Part shown: positions 29,306 to 39,500 of the stretch, piece by piece
Position numbering within the stretch: position 1 is the first letter of the stretch
Layout: each line of letters opens with the position of its first letter
Source of the DNA: an uncultured Anaerolineae bacterium
GTDB lineage: Bacteria > Chloroflexota > Anaerolineae > Aggregatilineales > UBA3940
Assembly: GCA_964439625.1 (NCBI GenBank)
Contig: CAYTPI010000001.1
Location: forward strand, 80,944 to 144,943
Direction of reading: 5' to 3'
DNA length: 64,000 bases
The notes under the pieces: generated by a model
Seen by the model: the letters and a program-made list of their open reading frames with translations, nothing else
What the model was told of the DNA's origin: nothing
Database searches by the model: none
Translations under genes and position numbers: made by a program

Positions 29306-30196
29306 CTAGACAGCAGCCCCACGCTCAGAGAACAGCCGGGCGTTATCAATTGCAATCGCGACTTGATCCGCCATCATTTGGATGGTCTGAATGTCATCCT
29401 CAGTAAAGGCATTGACGCTCGTGCTTTGGACGTCTAACGCACCAATGACGTCACCACGTACACGCAGAGGTAGAGCCATCTCGGCGCGTGTTTTCGGTAG
29501 GTAGGGGTTATCAAAGCGGATTGCTTCTTCACCGACATCTAACGCGATGCGCGGTGCGTTGTTTGCCGTTACCCAGCCCACCATTGATTGGCTGCCAACG
29601 CCGAGCTTATGTCCAATCTCTAGCAACTGCTTACCGCCTTCACCAGTTGCTGCGCGGAGAATAGCCCACTCGCCGGCATTATCGATCAGAAAGATAGCGG
29701 CATAGTAGAAGCCGAAGTGCTCGCGGATCAAATTGACACAGCGTTCGATCAACTCTTGGTAGTCCAAGATTTGTGTTGCTGCTCGAGCAACCTCTGATGA
29801 GGCCAACAGTTGCATGCTGCGCTGCTGCAATTCCTTAAGCAGTCGCATCTCGTCACTGAGATTCTTAATTGAGTAAACAACGCCTGCAACTTTCTTCTCT
29901 TTCATTAAGGGGCCGGCCCGTAGTTCGACCGGGATGTTGCGTCCGCGCTTTGTAAGCAAGTCTCGAACGAAGGTATCCGTCTTTTTCCCTTTTTTGACCG
30001 TTGCGAGAATTTCTTTGATTGTTTCTTCGAATGCATCCGAGGCAAAGCCTGTCATTTTCAGCCCACTAGCATCCTCGCGAGAATATTCCAGTAAGTCAAG
30101 GACATCATCGTTTATCTCTGAAATGTTGCCGTCAAGATCAGTTACGATGACACCTTGGGGAATGCTGTTGATCAATTGGCGAACGTCAAGATCCAC
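29306..30196 (-). CDS. PAS-GAF signalling protein without output domain
   Basis: GTG start 7 nt after GGGAG. PAS (IPQGVIVTDLDGNISEIND) and GAF (FYYAAIFLIDNAGEWAILRAATGEGG...ALPLRVRGDVIGALDVQS...AIAIDNARLF). Confidence 0.85.
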   Translation of the reverse strand: MDLDVRQLINSIPQGVIVTDLDGNISEINDDVLDLLEYSREDASGLKMTGFASDAFEETIKEILATVKKGKKTDTFVRDLLTKRGRNIPVELRAGPLMKEKKVAGVVYSIKNLSDEMRLLKELQQRSMQLLASSEVARAATQILDYQELIERCVNLIREHFGFYYAAIFLIDNAGEWAILRAATGEGGKQLLEIGHKLGVGSQSMVGWVTANNAPRIALDVGEEAIRFDNPYLPKTRAEMALPLRVRGDVIGALDVQSTSVNAFTEDDIQTIQMMADQVAIAIDNARLFSERGAAV

Positions 30197-30547
30197 TCTT
30201 CTACTCCCTCGTATGGTCTGGTTTTGTAGTTGGGTTAAGGTTAATTTGCTGTCATATCTATCTGACTGCGCCCGTATAGTGAGTATAGCACGCTAGAGAA
30301 ACACGATAGAAACAATTTAGCTACAATTTAGTCTTAATTGCAAGGCAGACTGTAATGACATCCTAATCTTATTTGTGTAATGAACGTTTATACTATGTAT
30401 GGGTGGGAAAACAATGCCGGGAAGCACCGTTTGCCTCACTAAATAACGTGATCATGCAGCACGTATCCAATGTGTCACTTACGCTTGACATGTATTGTGC
30501 TAGCTGGATGCGAATTGACCTATCTGTTCTAAATTGTGGAGTAAGAG

Positions 30548-31711
30548 ATGTCTGATATAAAAAGTGATGCATCACATATGATTTTACTCGTCGATGATGA
30601 TCCAGCAATTCTTGAAGGCGTCGCCGACTTGCTGCGTCTGTATAACTATAACGTCATAACGGCAATTGACGGCAGCGATGCACTATCACAAATGCAGCTT
30701 ACTAAGCCAGACATCATCGTCTCTGATATTATGATGCCAGACATGGACGGCTACGAGTTTTTTGAAACGGTACGGGCAAATGCTTCATGGACAACAATTC
30801 CGTTTATCTTCTTAACCGCCCGTGGTCAAGCAAAAGATATTCGTCTAGGTAATATGCTGGGTGCAGATGCTTACTTAACTAAGCCTTTCGATCCGGAAGA
30901 CTTAATTGTGCTGGTAAAATCACGCTTGCAGCGTGTTCATGACATACACGAGGCAACACAGCATGATATCGACCGCATGAAGAATCAGCTAATCACAATC
31001 TTCAGCCATGAACTCCGCACGCCGTTGACATATATCTATGGCTACGTCAACTTATTGCAAGAGCAGCACACCGAACTTGAAGCGAACACTGTTGAGGACA
31101 TGCTGACGGGCGTTCAACGTGGTGCCGAGCGGCTGGTGAACCTCGTTGAGGACCTGATGCTGCTTGTGCGCATCGATAGTGGGATCGTCGAGATGGAAAT
31201 CAATATGCGCCAAGACGCCATAAACCTGCATGAACTGGTACAGCTTATATTGAGTGAATTTAAGCATGAAATTGCTAAACAGCGGCTTGAGGTCGAGATG
31301 GACATTGACCCTGCCATCGAAATCTATGGGATGGAATTACACCTGCGCGATGCGCTAAAGCGCGTGATTGATAATGCACTTAAATTCAGCCATCGTGGCG
31401 AAGGGCTTGTAACAGTGCGTGGGTACGCTCAAGGCGATCAGATCGTGATTGAAGTCATTGACCGTGGGATTGGCATCGCCGCGGGCAAACTTGATCAAAT
31501 CTTCGAACGCTTTAAGCAGCTTGACCGTGACCTTATGGAACAGCAAGGTATCGGGCTTGGCTTGAGTATTGCTGACACGATCATTACGTTGCACCATGGG
31601 CAGCTCTCTATCGAGAGCGAAGTTGGAGTCGGGACGACCTGCCGAATTTCTCTCCCCAATAGTGGCAGTGTTTTTAGTACGAACGGTATGGTAGAAATCA
31701 TCGACGCTTAA
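30548..31711 (+). CDS. Hybrid receiver-histidine kinase (REC-HisKA-HATPase_c)
   Basis: REC (LLVDDDPAILE, DIIVSDIMMPDMDG, LTARG, TKPFD). H-box FSHELRTPL. IDNALKFS, DRGIGI, GIGLGLSIA. Confidence 0.9.
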   Translation: MSDIKSDASHMILLVDDDPAILEGVADLLRLYNYNVITAIDGSDALSQMQLTKPDIIVSDIMMPDMDGYEFFETVRANASWTTIPFIFLTARGQAKDIRLGNMLGADAYLTKPFDPEDLIVLVKSRLQRVHDIHEATQHDIDRMKNQLITIFSHELRTPLTYIYGYVNLLQEQHTELEANTVEDMLTGVQRGAERLVNLVEDLMLLVRIDSGIVEMEINMRQDAINLHELVQLILSEFKHEIAKQRLEVEMDIDPAIEIYGMELHLRDALKRVIDNALKFSHRGEGLVTVRGYAQGDQIVIEVIDRGIGIAAGKLDQIFERFKQLDRDLMEQQGIGLGLSIADTIITLHHGQLSIESEVGVGTTCRISLPNSGSVFSTNGMVEIIDA

Positions 31712-31723
31712 ATTGATGCTCCA

Positions 31724-31751
31724 AGAGCCAGCCTCGACACAGGCTGGCTCT
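31724..31751. terminator. Bidirectional stem-loop between convergent genes
   Basis: agagccagcct-cgacac-aggctggctct forms an 11-bp perfect stem. Confidence 0.65.
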
Positions 31752-31756
31752 TTAGA

Positions 31757-32608
31757 TTATCTTCCGTTCAGCGTCAACTGCATTTCAATGCGCCGAAATG
31801 ACTCAACGTAGCCATGTTCAAAATAATGGTCGAGGAACGGGGCATCAGTTGGTACGTTCTCAGCGATTGTATCTAAAGCTGGGAACTGCATATGCAGCAG
31901 CGACAACAGTCGAGCGGCTGGAGCAGTAGCTGCTGTACCCTGTGGGCTCAGCATGACGCGCTTTAGCTGTAATTTACTTTTTAGGTAAGTGACCCAGCCA
32001 TATTCACCGGTGCCATCATCATTGATCTTTAACATCTCGACGCTGCCCGCATTACGCACCGACTCAAGCTGATTCGTCCAGGCGGCACGCCATGGACGCG
32101 TTTTTAGGCAGCTCAATGTGCTTACTTCATCCAGCCATTCGGCACAGGGTTCAACCAATGCAGAGAATGGCTGTGCAGGGCGAGGCGGGCGGCGGAGGAT
32201 TAATAACTCGCGCTGTTCAATAAAGCCTAAACTCTCAAACAGACGGTACGCTGGTTCGTTGCCGGTAATCACCTCCAGGAAGACATACTGAAGACGCCGT
32301 TCGATAGAACGCTCGATCATGTAATTCATCATATGGCGCCCAATGCCATTGCGCCTACTGCCAGGGATGACACCTAATCTCGTAATCCAGGAGCGGTTTT
32401 CCCTAACGCCCAACATACTGAGTCCAAGCATGTTGTGGTTCTCGTCTAGTGCAACAACTGAGTCTTCCAATGAAATATCGTAGGTATCAACGTAGGCTTG
32501 CAGACGCTTTGGCGACATTGGCATTGGTACAATGTAGTCGATGCGTGTCTGATTATATGCGTCTGTTAGCTCTTCAATTGAATACTGCGAGGCCGGTACG
32601 AGGTACAC
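31757..32608 (-). CDS. GNAT-family N-acetyltransferase
   Basis: Motif A: WITRLGVIPGSRRNGIGRHMMNYMIE...AYRLFESLGF. Confidence 0.8.
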   Translation of the reverse strand: MYLVPASQYSIEELTDAYNQTRIDYIVPMPMSPKRLQAYVDTYDISLEDSVVALDENHNMLGLSMLGVRENRSWITRLGVIPGSRRNGIGRHMMNYMIERSIERRLQYVFLEVITGNEPAYRLFESLGFIEQRELLILRRPPRPAQPFSALVEPCAEWLDEVSTLSCLKTRPWRAAWTNQLESVRNAGSVEMLKINDDGTGEYGWVTYLKSKLQLKRVMLSPQGTAATAPAARLLSLLHMQFPALDTIAENVPTDAPFLDHYFEHGYVESFRRIEMQLTLNGR

Positions 32609-32714
32609 GGTAAGTTTGCTCCGGGCTTTAGTTACTATATTCTGCGAAATACACCATCAGGTATGAGGTGGCATCTCGACAATTCTATTATGCTGGTAAA
32701 GCCCCGCAACGTAA

Positions 32715-33146
32715 TCAGTTGGTTATAGGTTTGATATGATCTTTTATCTGATCGTGGAATACGCGCGTATTGATTGGCTTAGAAATGTAGCCTTCACACT
32801 CATATGCATCTATCATTTTCTTTGCAGTTTCAGATGGCCATGCCGTAACGACAATAATCGGAGTATTGGGCAGGGCCTCTGGTTGTTTGAGCCATCCTGC
32901 GACTGTCTGACCGTCAACATCTGGTAGACCTAGGTCTAACAATATCAGATTTGGGTTTTGCGCCAACGCCATTTCCAAGCCAGACTCGCCATCTTCTGCG
33001 TGAAATAATTGATAATTGTGACGTTGTAATACGCGTAGCATCAAACGAGCGTTCTTGGGGTTATCCTCAATAATCAGAATCTTGGCGGCTGTGTTTTCAG
33101 TTGATTGATTGGCACTTGTTTCAGTTTCCACAGTCACACTCCCCAC
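32715..33146 (-). CDS. Stand-alone response-regulator receiver
   Basis: ILIIEDNPKN, NLILLDLGLPDVDG, VVTAW, SKPIN. Confidence 0.9.
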   Translation of the reverse strand: MGSVTVETETSANQSTENTAAKILIIEDNPKNARLMLRVLQRHNYQLFHAEDGESGLEMALAQNPNLILLDLGLPDVDGQTVAGWLKQPEALPNTPIIVVTAWPSETAKKMIDAYECEGYISKPINTRVFHDQIKDHIKPITN

Positions 33147-33241
33147 CTACAATGAATTGCACATCAGTTGTTAGTTCGTTAAGCAAAAGTTTATCGCTAA
33201 GGATATAACCGACCTGTTCCTTTTGCCACTAACTGTTGTAG

Positions 33242-33784
33242 TTATTGCTCCTGCTGGCCTTTTGAACGCTTAACAACTTTGCTCTCGACTTTTGCTTTGG
33301 ATTTTTTGTTTTCGTTTTTTGCTTTCGCGGCAGCTACTTTAGATTTACTCTCATCAGTCGTAGTCTTTTTCTTTGAATCTGTTTCTTCCGCAGGTATGCT
33401 AGCCTTCGTTTGAGCCGCTGGTAAAAACGTCTTCAAGGCTTCTCGAAGTTCATCACGGCTAATGGGCTTCCGCAGATAGCCGTCACAGCCTGCGGCAAGA
33501 AAGCGCTCGCGGTCGCCAACCATCGCGTTCGCCGTCAGTGCCACAATGGGGACTTCCTGCATAGCGGGGTTTTCTTTGAGCCGTTTAGTCACCTCAATGC
33601 CTGTGATATCAGGCAGGTTGATATCCATCAAGATGAGGTCAGGGGCAAGCTCCGGCGCCATTTTGAGTGCTGTTTCGCCGTCCTCAGCTTGGTGAACATC
33701 GTAGCCTCTCTTCTCAAGCTGCAGCATCCGGTTGACGAGTCGGAAGTTCTGGAAATTGTCTTCGACGTACAGGATGGTAGTCAT
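33242..33784 (-). CDS. Response-regulator receiver with Lys-rich disordered C-terminal tail
   Basis: ILYVEDNFQN, DLILMDINLPDITG, ALTANA, RKPIS, then about 55 aa of K/E/S/A-rich tail (KKKTTTDESKSKVAAAKAKNENKKSKAK...). Confidence 0.9.
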   Translation of the reverse strand: MTTILYVEDNFQNFRLVNRMLQLEKRGYDVHQAEDGETALKMAPELAPDLILMDINLPDITGIEVTKRLKENPAMQEVPIVALTANAMVGDRERFLAAGCDGYLRKPISRDELREALKTFLPAAQTKASIPAEETDSKKKTTTDESKSKVAAAKAKNENKKSKAKVESKVVKRSKGQQEQ

Positions 33785-33793
33785 ATAATCTCC

Positions 33794-34252
33794 CTAAATG
33801 ACTGTACTTGGGTTGGTGTTGCCTGTATCGTTTTGTGCAGATGTATCGGGTGTACTTGTGCTGGCTTCTTGCTGGCCTGCTTCGCGGTGACTGCCTTGCT
33901 GAATGAACTGCTCAATTTGCCCGGCGAATGCGCGCGTATCAATCGGCTTGGTAATGTAGCCATCACAACCATATGTCATGGCCCGTCGCTGTGTGGCGGT
34001 GTCAGTGCTGCCAGTCACAGCAACGACGGGGATATCACCTGGGATGCGGTTCAACAGAGCCGCAATGGTGTGACCACCAATATCAGGTAAACCGAGGTCA
34101 AGTAAAACAAGGTCCACGGTTTCCTCACTGGCAATCTTAAGCCCCGCTAGCCCCTCCGACGCATGCTTAACTTCATGCCCATTACGAGACAACACACGCC
34201 TGACGATATTTGCACTGTGTGGGTCATCTTCAATTACTAGTATCTTCGCCAT
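33794..34252 (-). CDS. Stand-alone response-regulator receiver with short Q/S/T-rich tail
   Basis: ILVIEDDPHS, DLVLLDLGLPDIGG, AVTGS, TKPID. Confidence 0.9.
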   Translation of the reverse strand: MAKILVIEDDPHSANIVRRVLSRNGHEVKHASEGLAGLKIASEETVDLVLLDLGLPDIGGHTIAALLNRIPGDIPVVAVTGSTDTATQRRAMTYGCDGYITKPIDTRAFAGQIEQFIQQGSHREAGQQEASTSTPDTSAQNDTGNTNPSTVI

Positions 34253-34263
34253 GTGTTTGCTCC

Positions 34264-36387
34264 TCAGTTGGCCTTGTCGAACATACTCATAATTTCTTTC
34301 TGAAGCATGGTTCGTTCAATGGCCCCCTTTGTCAGGGTTTTATCGACTCGGGTTTCCAGAATTTTGCGCTCTTTGCGTGTTAGGTCTTTTGCCGTCAGTA
34401 AGATGACGGGCGTCTCCTGAGCAATCGAATGTTCTCGCAGGTGTTCGAGTAGCTCAATGCCTGTCATATCAGGCAGCATTAAATCTAAGATGATTAAATC
34501 TGGTGCCATTTGTTCCAAGAACTCAATCGCTTGTTCACCAGTATGCGCTTCGTAGACTTCACACTGCCGCTGATCTTTCAGTGTTCGCTTAAGTAAGCGT
34601 CCGTCTAGTGGGTTGTCTTCAACTAAGAGGAGCTTGAACTGTGATTGCTCAAACTCGCTAGCCGCTGGTGCTTTAGTAGGGATAGTAGTTCCTTCTGGGT
34701 GCTTATTGTTGTCGCTGCTGGGTAGCAGTCGTGGTTCATCACCTAGGGTCGTGACAATATGATTGACAAGATCGTGCGTATTGTAGTTACCCTTGACCCA
34801 TAACGACACGGTTTTGCGCTCTAAGTCATTTTGTTCCGTTTGGCTTAGAGTCTTGCCAGAGACGACAATAACGGGTATTTCAGCGGTGAGTTCATCGGCC
34901 TTGAGGGTATCTATCAAGTCAAAGCCATTGACGTTAGGCATCATTAAATCAACGATGACCAGATCAGGCTGGCGGTATCGCACAAGGTCAAGACCTGTAT
35001 CAGGGTCGTTAGCTTCAAATATGCGATACGACTTATGCCGTTGTAACAAGCGTTTAATTAAGCGGCTGTCTTGCGGTGAGTCATCGATGACAACAATGCT
35101 GGTAATGCGTTCATCGAGGAACTCAAGCGCTGCTCCTAAGCCCTCTTCGGGAAGGACGCCCCATTGATCCGCCAGTTCACTTTTGACGGCAATATCAACA
35201 ACTTGCTGGTCACTGAGAATAAACTTCTCAACAGGCATCGTGTGCCCAGACGCGTTAATGACAACTTTGTGCTCAGGTGCTACCAGCCCTTGTGCGACCA
35301 TCTTGGCAAAACCTGCAAAGGCCACAGCAGTTGCTGGCTCAACAGAAATCCCTTCTAACCGGGCAAGACGTCGCATCCAAGTGAACGCCTCATCATCAGA
35401 GACCGATACCATCGTGCCGCCCATTTGCTTCGTTGCTCGGTACAAATAGGTATAACCAAACCCCGGCGCGCCGGTCGACAAAACTGTAATCGCGGTTCTC
35501 GGTTCTATGGGCTCGGCTTCTTCTTGGTCTTGCTCGAATGCGCGTACCATTGGGGCGCATCCATCAACCTGAATAATGCCAAGCCGTGGCAGGCTGTCTA
35601 CCATGCCAATCTGCTTGAGCTCTGTGAAGCCTTTCCACACACCGATTGGGCCTAAGCCACCGCTTACGGCCTGTATGAACCAATCCGGGGTGTGCCAGTT
35701 AAGCTGTTCAGCAATTTCAAAAGCCATGGTCTTCATGCTTTCTTTGCTCGCAATTGCCTTAGCGCCGCGTTCGTAGTGAATGCCGTGGCGTTTGGCAAAG
35801 CTGGCTGCAACCACCTTGGTCTGATCGTATGTGCCCGTCACTTTGATCACGTCAGCGCCATACAACGAGATTTCCCGCATTTTTTCACCAGGAACCTGAC
35901 TGGTTAGAAATACCCACAGCTTAATTCCGGCACGGGCACAATAGGCAGCATAGGCAGTTGCGGCGTTCCCTGTCGAGGCGATCACGGCATCTTTGACCCC
36001 AGAGGCAACTAAAGCGGATACAGCAAGTGATGCTTGCCTATCTTTGAAGGAACTGGTCGGGCCGCGGCGCTCATCCTTGATGTAAATATGCTTATGGTTT
36101 AAATAGTCGCCAAGACGTGTTGCCTGAAACAGTGGTGTAGCCCCCTCTACCATGGTAACGCGATGCACATCATTGACGGGTAGCAAATGCTTGTAACGCC
36201 AGAGACCATCGGCATTATTCCCGAGGCCATCAGGCCAAAGCTTGCTGACAGCCTCATAGTCGTACCGGGCATCTACCCATGGTGAGCCGCACGATGTGCA
36301 GGCTACCACATCAAGTGTTGCGGGCATCATATGGTCACATGCTAGACATGCGACCTGTTTGAATGTACTGCTGACTGAAGGTGTCAA
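34264..36387 (-). CDS. Threonine-synthase-like PLP enzyme fused to two C-terminal receiver domains
   Basis: N-terminal Cys4 ribbon (CLAC...CTSC). PLP-Lys motif PTSSFKDRQA (Lys codon 36043-36045). ASTGNAATAYAAY and AVSGGLGP, colinear with ThrC. REC1 (VVIDDSPQD, DLVIVDLMMPNVNG, VVSGK) and REC2 (LLVEDNPLD, DLIILDLMLPDMTG, LLTAK). TTG start. Confidence 0.85.
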   Translation of the reverse strand: MTPSVSSTFKQVACLACDHMMPATLDVVACTSCGSPWVDARYDYEAVSKLWPDGLGNNADGLWRYKHLLPVNDVHRVTMVEGATPLFQATRLGDYLNHKHIYIKDERRGPTSSFKDRQASLAVSALVASGVKDAVIASTGNAATAYAAYCARAGIKLWVFLTSQVPGEKMREISLYGADVIKVTGTYDQTKVVAASFAKRHGIHYERGAKAIASKESMKTMAFEIAEQLNWHTPDWFIQAVSGGLGPIGVWKGFTELKQIGMVDSLPRLGIIQVDGCAPMVRAFEQDQEEAEPIEPRTAITVLSTGAPGFGYTYLYRATKQMGGTMVSVSDDEAFTWMRRLARLEGISVEPATAVAFAGFAKMVAQGLVAPEHKVVINASGHTMPVEKFILSDQQVVDIAVKSELADQWGVLPEEGLGAALEFLDERITSIVVIDDSPQDSRLIKRLLQRHKSYRIFEANDPDTGLDLVRYRQPDLVIVDLMMPNVNGFDLIDTLKADELTAEIPVIVVSGKTLSQTEQNDLERKTVSLWVKGNYNTHDLVNHIVTTLGDEPRLLPSSDNNKHPEGTTIPTKAPAASEFEQSQFKLLLVEDNPLDGRLLKRTLKDQRQCEVYEAHTGEQAIEFLEQMAPDLIILDLMLPDMTGIELLEHLREHSIAQETPVILLTAKDLTRKERKILETRVDKTLTKGAIERTMLQKEIMSMFDKAN

Positions 36388-36504
36388 CTTGCTTACCTGA
36401 AGTTAATGGAAAACATACTTATTAGAACCTCGTCATCACTGTAGCACGCGAGGCTAAGGTCACACAACTGTATTGAGGGTATTGTATCTGCCCTGTAATG
36501 ACTT

Positions 36505-36549
36505 TTGAACAAAGAAGCACCATCTTCAGATTGCTGCTGATGGTGCTTC
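36505..36549 (-). terminator. Stem-loop downstream of the 2486-aa kinase gene
   Basis: gaagcaccatc (36514-36524) pairs with gatggtgcttc (36539-36549), an 11-bp stem. On the minus strand it is followed by TTTGTTCAAAAG. Confidence 0.5.
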
Positions 36550-36592
36550 AGTTTGGATACTACTCGTTATTAAGGCAAACTAACCTGCTGAT

Positions 36593-39500
36593 TTAGTCGC
36601 CTGTGAATTCATCGACTTCTTCACCAGAGCGGTGCCCATTACCATTACTGCTGCTTGCGTGGCCGTTTCGGCTAACATTACCACCTATCGAGTCTTCATC
36701 CGGTAGGTCTTCACTTGTGGGTTCTAATGGCAATGACAGTATAAACACACTACCCGTACCTGGTTCACTGCTTTCTAGCCAGACATCGCCACCATGGAGA
36801 CGGGCCAACTGCCGGGTAATTGCCAACCCAAGCCCAGTGCCGCCTGCTTTGCGGGTTGCAGACCCGTCTGCCTGACGGAATTGGTCGAAGATGAAACTGT
36901 GCTGCTCATACGGGATGCCAATACCAGTATCTTGAACTTCGACATGTAACCAGCGATTGTTGACGGTCATCACACCAACCCGGACGTAGCCTTTTTCGGT
37001 GAACTTAATGGCGTTACTGAGCAAGTTCCAAATGACCTGCCGGATGCGAACAGCATCCGCACTGACGACGGGTAGGTCTTCCTCAATTTCGATCCGCAGC
37101 TCAACGCTAGGCTTGTCCCGTAGTTGGACGCGTAACATGTCAACAATCTGTGGCAGAGTGTTGGTCAAGTCAACTTGGCTGCGATTAAGCTCCATGCGGC
37201 CTGCCTCGATCTTCGCGAGATCAAGAACGTCATTGATAATGGCGAGCAAATGGTGCCCGCTAGAGTGAATAGCCTTGATGTCGTCGAGCGCCATCTCATC
37301 GAGTTCTTCTTTCATCTCATCGATCAGCAGTTCGGAGTAGCCGATGATCGAGTTGAGCGGTGTTCTTAACTCATGGCTCATGTTCGCTAGGAACTCAGAC
37401 TTCAACTGGTCGACTTCGCGCAGCTTGTCCATAGTCTTCAACTGCTCTTGATAGAGTTCTGCGTTCGAGATAGCAATGGCTAACTGGCTCGCCAGAATGG
37501 AGAGTGTCCGGATTTCGTCATTGTTGAACTGCTCGGCCCTGTCTTGCTGCACGTCGAGAACACCGACCACATCGTCACCGACTGCCAGTGGAATGGCAGC
37601 CTCTGATATTGTGTCGGGTAATAGTGGGTTCGGTAAGTGGAACGGGTCGGTGCGGACGTCGTTCACAACGACGGGCTCCAGTGTTCTGGCGGAGCGAGCA
37701 ACCAGGCTTCGGCCTGCATCCATCGGAATGCTGTGCTCGCGACGTTTCATTTCGCTGCCTGCATGGCCTAAACCCGCACGTACTGTCAGGACGCCCTGCT
37801 CACGGTTCATCAAGTAGATGTGGCAATAGTAGTAGTCAAAGGCTTGTGCAACCCGGGTGACGGTGTTGTCCAGCAACTCCTCGATATCCAGGGTGGCAGT
37901 TAACTGACGCGCCAACTCGTAAGCTGTTTCTTGCCGGCGTTCAATGCGCCGCTCTTCAGTGATGTCTCTGGAGATACCCAGAATGTAAACAACTTTGCCT
38001 GCGTTATCCATAACGGGTATTTTTCGTGTTTCTAGAACCCGCTGCTCGCCGTTGGCAAACTCAACCAAGTCGTTCGCGTTGTAGACGATCTGTCCTTTCT
38101 CCAAGACTTTTAGATCATCGGCGCGGTAGCCAGGTGTGCCACCAATTTCTCCGGTGATGTAGGCCTCGTCCGACAAGTCCTCGTCGCGCTTGCCAATAAT
38201 TTCCTCTGGTGAGAGGGCAAAGGCCTCGGTAGTCATTTTTTCATTTGCTAACACGAAGCGTAGGTCACGGTCTTTCAAGAAAATCCAGTCAACGGAGGCA
38301 TCGATCACTGAGCGGATTAGGCGCTCTGACTCAGCGGTGTTGACTAAGGCATCGCGGACGCGGTTGAGCAGCAACTGGTTACTAACGGTTATGGATGCCT
38401 GCTCAGCAACTGACCGGTAGAAGCGTTCCGTCTGTTCACTGATTGCACCGGGTTCTGTGCCCGTTAGAGAAATCCAACCGAGCCAGCGGCGGCTGCTGTC
38501 TCGCAACAGCAAGCTCATCATGCTGCGGGCGGTGCTCATCTGCGGAACGGTCTCACGCGTGATGTCATCAATGCGCTGATCTTTGTCAAGATCCGCTGCA
38601 TAGAATAGGCCGTCAACTGCATTGTCTCTTAGCGACAGGAGCAGATCATGGTCGATGCCCTCCGAGGACTGAGTGACCTGAGCCTGCTTATCAGTCATAG
38701 AGTAAGCGGACATATGTTGATATGTGCTAATTGACTGACCGATGGTTATAGGTTCATCAAATAGGTATAGGTCTAGCCGGTCAAGATGAGCAGGTGGCGT
38801 AGTGCTGACAATTGCTTGCAGCAGTTGGTCGAAGGAACCGGCTGCAGCAATGCTGCTAGAAGCCTCATACAGGCTTTCTGTCAGTCTCAGGCTTGCTTCT
38901 GTCTCACTGAACAACTCTGCGTTCGACAGCGCAACAGCAAGCTGGCTGGACACAATCTCTAGCGTGTTGATTTCCGCTTCGTCAAAAGCGAATGGCGTGT
39001 CTTGCTGAATGTCAAGGACACCCAAGACGCGTTTACCAAGCGAGATTGGTATCGCGACTTCTGCTTGCGTTTGCGGGAGCAGCGGGTTCGGTAAATGACC
39101 AGGGTCAGTGGTGACATCATCGACCGCGATGGATTGATTGTCTCGAGCGGCGGCTGCTACAAAGCTTCGGGCGGCATTTAATGGAATGGCGTGCCCACGA
39201 TTTTTGAGTTGCTGGCCTGCTTGGCCTAGACCTTCTGCTAGGAAGAGGACGTTCTCTTCTTCATCTAGAAGGTAGATATGCGCATGGTAGTAGTTGAATG
39301 TATCTGCCAATTGGCTAACCGTAATCGACAGTAGTTCTTGCGGGTCAAGCACAGTGCTCAGACTGCGGGCCAGTTCACGACCAAGCGTCTCACGCTCCGT
39401 CTGGCGGATACGGTCGGTCACGTCATATTGCAGACCGACGAAGTAAGTCAGGTCACCCTCACGGTTGACAATCGGTGAGATGTTCAACTCGTTGTAGAAG

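Noticed and set aside
37800-37870. Cys-His in YYYCHIYLM of the last GAF cassette, considered as a possible bilin-attachment site (phytochrome/cyanobacteriochrome-like).
   Set aside because: The three sister cassettes have Ala at this position (YHAHIYLL). The motif lies in the first strand region rather than the canonical CH helix context, and there is no DxCF or other CBCR signature.
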